Shown piece by piece: positions 58,734 through 64,000 of a stretch of DNA of 64,000 bases (position 1 is its first letter; each line of letters starts with the position of its first letter). The notes beneath the pieces were generated by a model, which was not told the DNA's origin, made no database searches, and worked only from the letters and a program-made list of their open reading frames with translations. The stretch covers positions 1 through 64,000 of the forward strand of contig JBHLJY010000013.1 in assembly GCA_048887225.1 (NCBI GenBank), read 5' to 3'. The DNA is from Candidatus Hodarchaeota archaeon. GTDB lineage: Archaea; Asgardarchaeota; Lokiarchaeia; Sigyniarchaeales; SOKP01. The position numbers were made by a program, and so were the translations under genes.

Positions 58734-60608
58734 ATGGTTTTAGTATCAGAATCTGAAATATCTGAAAAAAAAGGAACTAAACAATTGCGGAATAGATATT
58801 TAAGAAACTTATTACCAAGAGTTTTTCTAACTGAAGGAGATATGGTGGTATTTGATCCTTCTAAAATTTTAAATAGTCTAATGAAGGAAACAGCCATGAA
58901 CGATAAAGATGCTAAACATATAACAGAACTCGTTGTGAGAAGAATTATAAGTTCTGGCATTAAATTTCTTTCAGGACCTCATATTAGAGAAATTGTGTGT
59001 TCGATTTTATCTGAACAACATTATGAAAGTGAAAGAAAGCTATATACAAGAATTGGCATGCCATTAATGGATTATGAAGAAATTCTTGAATATGGTATTG
59101 ATGAGATGGCAAATAATTATATGAATCCAGAGATTATACACCACTGGGCTGCAAATCGAATCTCTAATGAATATGCTCATTTAAGAATTTTAAATTCTGA
59201 AGAGTCTCAAACTCATTTATACGGGGATATACACATCCATATGCTTCAGTATTTTGATTTAAGACCTTTTTGTCAAGAATGGGACCCTCGATTAATTCTT
59301 GAACATGGTTTACCTCCCGTGGTTAGTCGTGCGTATTTCAGTAAATCAGGACCTGCAAATAGTCTAAAAATGGCAGTTTCCCACCTTGCTAGATGGCTCG
59401 GAATGATTCATTGTGAATTTAGTGGATCCTTAGGATACAATTATATTACTACATTTCTTGCTCCATATGCTAAAGATTTAGACAATAAGGAAATAAAGGA
59501 ATGTATGCAATTTTTTATATTTGAAATTAATCAACTTTTCACTTCAAAGAGAGGACAATTTCCCTATATCTCAATATCATGTTTACCAACAGTACCTAAC
59601 TATTTATGTGATATTCCAGCGATAGGGCCTCATGGAAAAATTATAGGAAAATATGGAGAATATAAAGAAGAATGTTTAAAACTCTTTAATGCTTTAAATA
59701 ATGTATATATTAAAGGAGATTATAATGGCAAATCATTCTTTTTTCCGAGACACGAAATTAAAATAGATAAACAATGGATAAAAGATTTTGAACCTTACTA
59801 TCTAAAATTAATTAAAGAATTATCTATGAAAAGAAGTCCATTTTTCTCTAATATGTGTCCAAATTGGATTTCTGATAAAAAGTCGAGTTTTTTAAAATAT
59901 GTTAATAGAGGATCTCTTCAAAGTGTAAGCTTAAATTTGCCAAGATATACTTATATATCTAACGATGAAGATGATTGTTTAAAAATAATAGACGATAAAA
60001 TGGAACTTTGCTCGAGAATTTTATTAAAGAAGAGAGATTTAATAAATAGAAGATTAAAAACAGGCCACTTACCATTATGTAGAGGGAAAATTGATGGAGA
60101 TTCAATTTTTAAATTAGAAAAGCAAAATTTATCTATAAGTTTCATTGGATTAAATGAAACTGTAAAAAGTTTAACTGATTTTGAGCTTCACGAAGATGAT
60201 CATGCTTATAATCTTGGAAGGAAAATATTAGAGTACATGGCAACAAAGTGTACTATAATGTCAGAGAGAGATAATGTACATTATTGCTTATCAGAACAAC
60301 CTAGTAATATAAGTTCTAAACGTCTAGCACGCTTAGATCTAAAACATTTTCCTAAAAAAGCAATTCCACTAAATAATGGAATTTATACTAAATCCAGCCA
60401 CTTACGTTATAACGCAGAAATACCATTGTTTGAACGGATTAAAAAAGAGGGGGAATTTCATCCAATGATTAAAGGAAAAATCATTTCCTATCTCCCGCTA
60501 AGTGAAAATAAATCAGATATTGATAGATTGTGGGAGCTTACCCGGCATATTTGCCTTAATACAAACACATCTTATTTTAGTTATAATTTTGAGGATTTTT
60601 CCCCCTAA
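58734..60608 (+). CDS. ATP-cone plus class III ribonucleotide reductase (NrdD)-like protein lacking the C-terminal glycyl-radical domain
   Basis: ATP cone (FD..KI..SL.KE...LSGP.IRE), GDIHIH, LNLPR, GLNE and YT.S.H motifs; no CxxC zinc ribbon or R(I/V)xGY before the stop. Confidence 0.8.
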   Translation: MVLVSESEISEKKGTKQLRNRYLRNLLPRVFLTEGDMVVFDPSKILNSLMKETAMNDKDAKHITELVVRRIISSGIKFLSGPHIREIVCSILSEQHYESERKLYTRIGMPLMDYEEILEYGIDEMANNYMNPEIIHHWAANRISNEYAHLRILNSEESQTHLYGDIHIHMLQYFDLRPFCQEWDPRLILEHGLPPVVSRAYFSKSGPANSLKMAVSHLARWLGMIHCEFSGSLGYNYITTFLAPYAKDLDNKEIKECMQFFIFEINQLFTSKRGQFPYISISCLPTVPNYLCDIPAIGPHGKIIGKYGEYKEECLKLFNALNNVYIKGDYNGKSFFFPRHEIKIDKQWIKDFEPYYLKLIKELSMKRSPFFSNMCPNWISDKKSSFLKYVNRGSLQSVSLNLPRYTYISNDEDDCLKIIDDKMELCSRILLKKRDLINRRLKTGHLPLCRGKIDGDSIFKLEKQNLSISFIGLNETVKSLTDFELHEDDHAYNLGRKILEYMATKCTIMSERDNVHYCLSEQPSNISSKRLARLDLKHFPKKAIPLNNGIYTKSSHLRYNAEIPLFERIKKEGEFHPMIKGKIISYLPLSENKSDIDRLWELTRHICLNTNTSYFSYNFEDFSP

Positions 60609-60671
60609 GTAATTAAAAATCTTATATCTTTCTAAGATTAAATTTTTCTAAAAATTTAATTTATTATATTT

Positions 60672-60992
60672 ATGAAAGAAAAGAAATCATTAAAAGAAAT
60701 TCAGCAAGATGTTAACGATTGGATACTTAAACACGGGGGTTATTGGCCTCCTCTTTCAATGCTTTCTGCAATTATGGAAGAATTTGGTGAACTAGCTCGC
60801 GAAATAAATCATCTTGAGGGATTCAAAACAAAAAAGTCTAATGAAAAATTTAAAACAGATTTGGGGGAAGAACTAGCAGATATTATTTTCTCAGTCATAT
60901 GTTTAGCAAATTATTATAAAATCGATTTAAATAAAAAAATAAATAATGTTATTAAGAAATACTCTAAAAGAGATGCTAATAGATTTATTTAG
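60672..60992 (+). CDS. MazG-like nucleotide pyrophosphohydrolase (YpjD-like)
   Basis: GGYW.P, EEFGELAREIN, EELAD and RDANR motifs. Confidence 0.88.
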   Translation: MKEKKSLKEIQQDVNDWILKHGGYWPPLSMLSAIMEEFGELAREINHLEGFKTKKSNEKFKTDLGEELADIIFSVICLANYYKIDLNKKINNVIKKYSKRDANRFI

Positions 60993-61174
60993 GAAAAAAA
61001 TCATAAAAAATTTATTACAAATTTTATTATGGTTTTTGAAATAAGCCATTTTAATGAAATAACTAAAAAATGAGAATGTCCCTACTTAATGCATAGTCTT
61101 TTTTCTTTCAATTAATAATAAATTTTAAATAAATAGGAAAGGATAATAAGAATCAACAATTAATCACCTAAGAA

Positions 61175-62353
61175 ATGTTAAAAGATGGAATAGACAGAAA
61201 AGAAATACTTAAAATTTTAAGAGAGAAGTTATCTCAAGACCTTACTTATGATTCAGGATATATTTTGGGTTCTATGTGTACCAAACCTCTTGACTTCGGA
61301 AAAGAAGTTTATATAAATTATATATGTAAAAATTTGGGAGACCCAGGATTATTTCAAGGCTGTAATGAATTAGAAAAAGAATTAATCTCAGACATCGGAG
61401 AATTATTAGGCGGTACTAATATAATCGGAACTATTACTACAGGCGGATCAGAAGCAAACTTAATAGCTATGAGAATTGCTAAAAAGTTAAGACCAGATAT
61501 AAGATATCCAGAGATAATCGCTCCTATATCCGCTCATGTATCTTTTGATAAAGCCGAGGATTTACTAGGATTTAAACTAAGAAAAGCAAGATTGAAAAAA
61601 AATTTTGAATTAGATCTTAATCATTTTGAATCACTCCTAAACGAGAATACATGTGGTGTAGTAGGAATTGCAGGAACGACTGCATTGGGATTAATTGATC
61701 CAATAGAAGAAATTGGTAAAATCATTGAAGGGAAAAATATATTTTTTCACGTTGACGCTGCTTTTGGAGGATTTGTTTTACCATTTTTGAAAGAATTAAA
61801 TTATATTCTGCCTTCTTGGGATTTCAACATCAAAACATTAGATTCTATTACGGCAGATCCTCATAAGATGGGATTAGGAATTATTCCAACAGGAGGGTTT
61901 TTTTTAAGAGATTCCACTATTTTAAAAAAAACAGGATTCGACATCCCATATCTTGCTGGGGGAAACTTTAAACATTTCCATATAGTTGGAACAAGATCAG
62001 GAGGGACAGTCATTGCTTTTTGGGCTATTATGAAATATTTAGGTAAGAGTGGATTTGTAAAAATTGTAAAGGAGTGCATGGAAAATACAAAATATTTGGA
62101 AAAAAGAATATCTGAAATCAATGGGATTAAATTGGCTACCGAACCAGTCATGAATGTGGTTGGTATTACAACAGAAAATGGCGAAAGTATCTGCAAAATT
62201 GACGATGAATTAAGAAAAAGAAGTTGGATGCTAGGAAAATTTACTAATTTCAATTTAATAAGAGTAGTTATTATGCCTCATGTTAAGAAATCTGATTTAC
62301 ACAAATTTGTGCAAGATTTAGAGGAGGTCGTAAAAAGATTGAGACTTTCTTAA
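61175..62353 (+). CDS. mfnA: PLP-dependent L-tyrosine/L-aspartate decarboxylase
   Basis: ILGSMCT.P, NLGDPGLF, GGSEAN, HVDAAFGG, DPHKMG and R.V.MPH motifs. Confidence 0.9.
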   Translation: MLKDGIDRKEILKILREKLSQDLTYDSGYILGSMCTKPLDFGKEVYINYICKNLGDPGLFQGCNELEKELISDIGELLGGTNIIGTITTGGSEANLIAMRIAKKLRPDIRYPEIIAPISAHVSFDKAEDLLGFKLRKARLKKNFELDLNHFESLLNENTCGVVGIAGTTALGLIDPIEEIGKIIEGKNIFFHVDAAFGGFVLPFLKELNYILPSWDFNIKTLDSITADPHKMGLGIIPTGGFFLRDSTILKKTGFDIPYLAGGNFKHFHIVGTRSGGTVIAFWAIMKYLGKSGFVKIVKECMENTKYLEKRISEINGIKLATEPVMNVVGITTENGESICKIDDELRKRSWMLGKFTNFNLIRVVIMPHVKKSDLHKFVQDLEEVVKRLRLS

Positions 62354-62366
62354 AAACTACATTTAA

Positions 62367-62990
62367 TTATTCTAAATCTTTCCACGAGCGTAATTCAATT
62401 AAAATTACTTCTTTTTGTATAATATTTGATATTTCATCCATTCTATTTAGAATCAATTTATCCGTAGGATTTTCCTTCTCGTAAATAAAAATTAATTCTT
62501 TATCATCCCAATTACTATTTTTTATTTGGTTAATTATTCTTTCGCATTTTGTTTTAATACTTTTTATAGCTTTCTCCGACAATTCTGGATTAATAGTTTT
62601 GTAATCTTTAACAAATAATGGACCACCCGTGACGATTAAATGCCTTGGATCAATGCCAATAGTTTTTAATTTTTTTTTAGAAGAATTGGCTGAAATTAAG
62701 GCAATATTGTTAGGGATCAATGATTTCAAAATCTTTGTTTTTAAATATTTTGACGATTCTTTTGTTCCTATTAGATTTTCTTCATTTAAATATTCAGAAA
62801 ATAATGGTTGAAGCTTATTGTGCAGAGATTTTAATAAAGAAAGGAATTTCTCCTTTAAAATTGGATCTAAATTATAACTTGGAGCTAATTTTCTTATTAG
62901 AAGCTTTATTTCAATTAGGTCATCTATAGCAGTTAAAAATGCTCTAACATCTTCGATTTTGATTTTTTTTTCCACTTTAAGATGCCTCAT
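62367..62990 (-). CDS. Archaeal hypothetical protein (DUF2100-like)
   Basis: KKKLK..GI.P..LIV.GGPL...DY..INP pattern. Confidence 0.55.
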   Translation of the reverse strand: MRHLKVEKKIKIEDVRAFLTAIDDLIEIKLLIRKLAPSYNLDPILKEKFLSLLKSLHNKLQPLFSEYLNEENLIGTKESSKYLKTKILKSLIPNNIALISANSSKKKLKTIGIDPRHLIVTGGPLFVKDYKTINPELSEKAIKSIKTKCERIINQIKNSNWDDKELIFIYEKENPTDKLILNRMDEISNIIQKEVILIELRSWKDLE

Positions 62991-63095
62991 GTTGTCTTAA
63001 ATAGTATAATAAAGAAATATATTTAAAGAGTTAATTGAATTAATATTTATAAGGAACAATTTAGGATAATAATTTCATAAAATTTTTTACTAAGA

Positions 63096-63782
63096 ATGGG
63101 GAAAAAAGAAAAAAAGAAGAAGAAATTGGGAATAAAAACATCGAGATATTATACTAAAGACTGCCATAATTGCGGTAACGAATATCCTAATTGGTTCACC
63201 CAGTGTCCCTTGTGTGGCGCAGAATGGTTCAGCTCAGAATCCTTAAACGCTAAAGCAGTTGGTAAAGAAAAAGAGTTAGGTCAAAAAAAAATTAAAATTG
63301 TTGTAAAAATTACTGAAGAAGACTTCAACGATGATATTGATTATCTTCAATTAATTTTCAGTGGAGATCAAGGCAAATCATGGTATCAAATGAAAATGGA
63401 TGTAGAAATGGACTATTTTATAGCAGAAATGGCAGAAGTTCCAGATGGATCTGTTATAATTTATTACATCGAGGTTTATTTAGTGAATGGTGAGAAATTT
63501 ATTGAAAATAACAAGGGTAATTACTTTTATTACAAAGTAGGAGCCCTTTTAGAAGAGATTGAAGAGAAACCACCACAATTGGAAGCACAAATTATACAAG
63601 AGAATATAAAAGAGGCAACTCCAGATCCTCATACAATTAATGAAGCTAAATATGAAGGAGAAAACACTATATTTGGCAAACCACAAACGCAAATAGATCC
63701 CGACCTTAAAATCTGTCCTCATTGTAATGCAAAAATAAAAAAGATGTGGGGCACATGTCCTTTCTGTAGCGGAAAGGTGTAA
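63096..63782 (+). CDS. Protein with N- and C-terminal zinc ribbons and a central beta-sandwich domain
   Basis: CHNC..CPLC and CPHC..CPFC; central YYIEV...ENNKGNYF beta-rich segment. Confidence 0.7.
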   Translation: MGKKEKKKKKLGIKTSRYYTKDCHNCGNEYPNWFTQCPLCGAEWFSSESLNAKAVGKEKELGQKKIKIVVKITEEDFNDDIDYLQLIFSGDQGKSWYQMKMDVEMDYFIAEMAEVPDGSVIIYYIEVYLVNGEKFIENNKGNYFYYKVGALLEEIEEKPPQLEAQIIQENIKEATPDPHTINEAKYEGENTIFGKPQTQIDPDLKICPHCNAKIKKMWGTCPFCSGKV

Positions 63783-63904
63783 TAGTCCTTATTGTCCTTT
63801 AATTGTATTATATTCTTTTTCTTTAGAAAAATATATTAATAATATAGAAGTAAATAAAAAATAATTAAAGATTTTTACAATATTAAAAATATGAATTTGT
63901 TTAC

Positions 63905-64000
63905 TTAAAGCTTACCCCCACATTTATTGCAGAAAGCATAATCGGAGGAAAGCATTGCACCACACTGCTTACAGATGATAATTTCTTTCTTTTTTTTCTC
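63905..64000 (-). CDS. 3' end of a gene ending in a zinc ribbon (5' part lies outside the window)
   Basis: Manual translation EKKKKEIIICKQCGAMLSSDYAFCNKCGGKL*. Confidence 0.7.
   Translation of the reverse strand, partial: EKKKKEIIICKQCGAMLSSDYAFCNKCGGKL

Noticed and set aside
3457-62929. Numerous short antisense ORFs in the track (e.g. 3457..3660, 7103..7441, 39930..40295, 43401..43871, 61861..62253)
   Set aside because: They lie opposite well-supported conserved genes and show no motifs.
1-64000. CRISPR arrays, transposases, integrases, rRNA genes
   Set aside because: No spaced direct repeats, recombinase motifs or long GC-rich structural RNA were seen.

Overview
AT-rich archaeal core-genome segment, very probably from an Asgard archaeon (Lokiarchaeia-like). 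The evidence for this is inferential: PolD (DP1/DP2), Cdc6, unsplit Rpo2, TFE, PAN, CarS, Elf1 and SmAP3 occur together with a roadblock-small GTPase fusion and a longin-like protein. Most of the window is housekeeping: Elp3, pyrD/pyrK, Nop5-fibrillarin, RNase HII, MAT, pelota, Cbf5, ThiL, MfnA and three tRNA genes, two of which carry introns. The main finding is in rtcB, the tRNA-splicing ligase gene, which the ORF track splits in two. It is interrupted by a 29-nt insert (33458-33486) that folds into a bulge-helix-bulge (BHB) splicing motif. Cutting at the canonical BHB positions restores the conserved GVGY-DINCG active-site motif and a full ~490-aa RtcB. The ligase mRNA therefore appears to need the tRNA-splicing machinery, including its own product, to be translated. 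An archease gene is adjacent. Secondary leads are an unannotated 50-aa WH2-like microprotein, a polyproline/WH2-like protein, an 8-gene cluster with degenerate SMC-like, KITE-like and AAA+ genes, AN1-finger intramembrane protease and pseudoprotease genes beside a LITAF-like gene, and an NrdD lacking its glycyl-radical domain. All family calls are by eye; no database searches were run.
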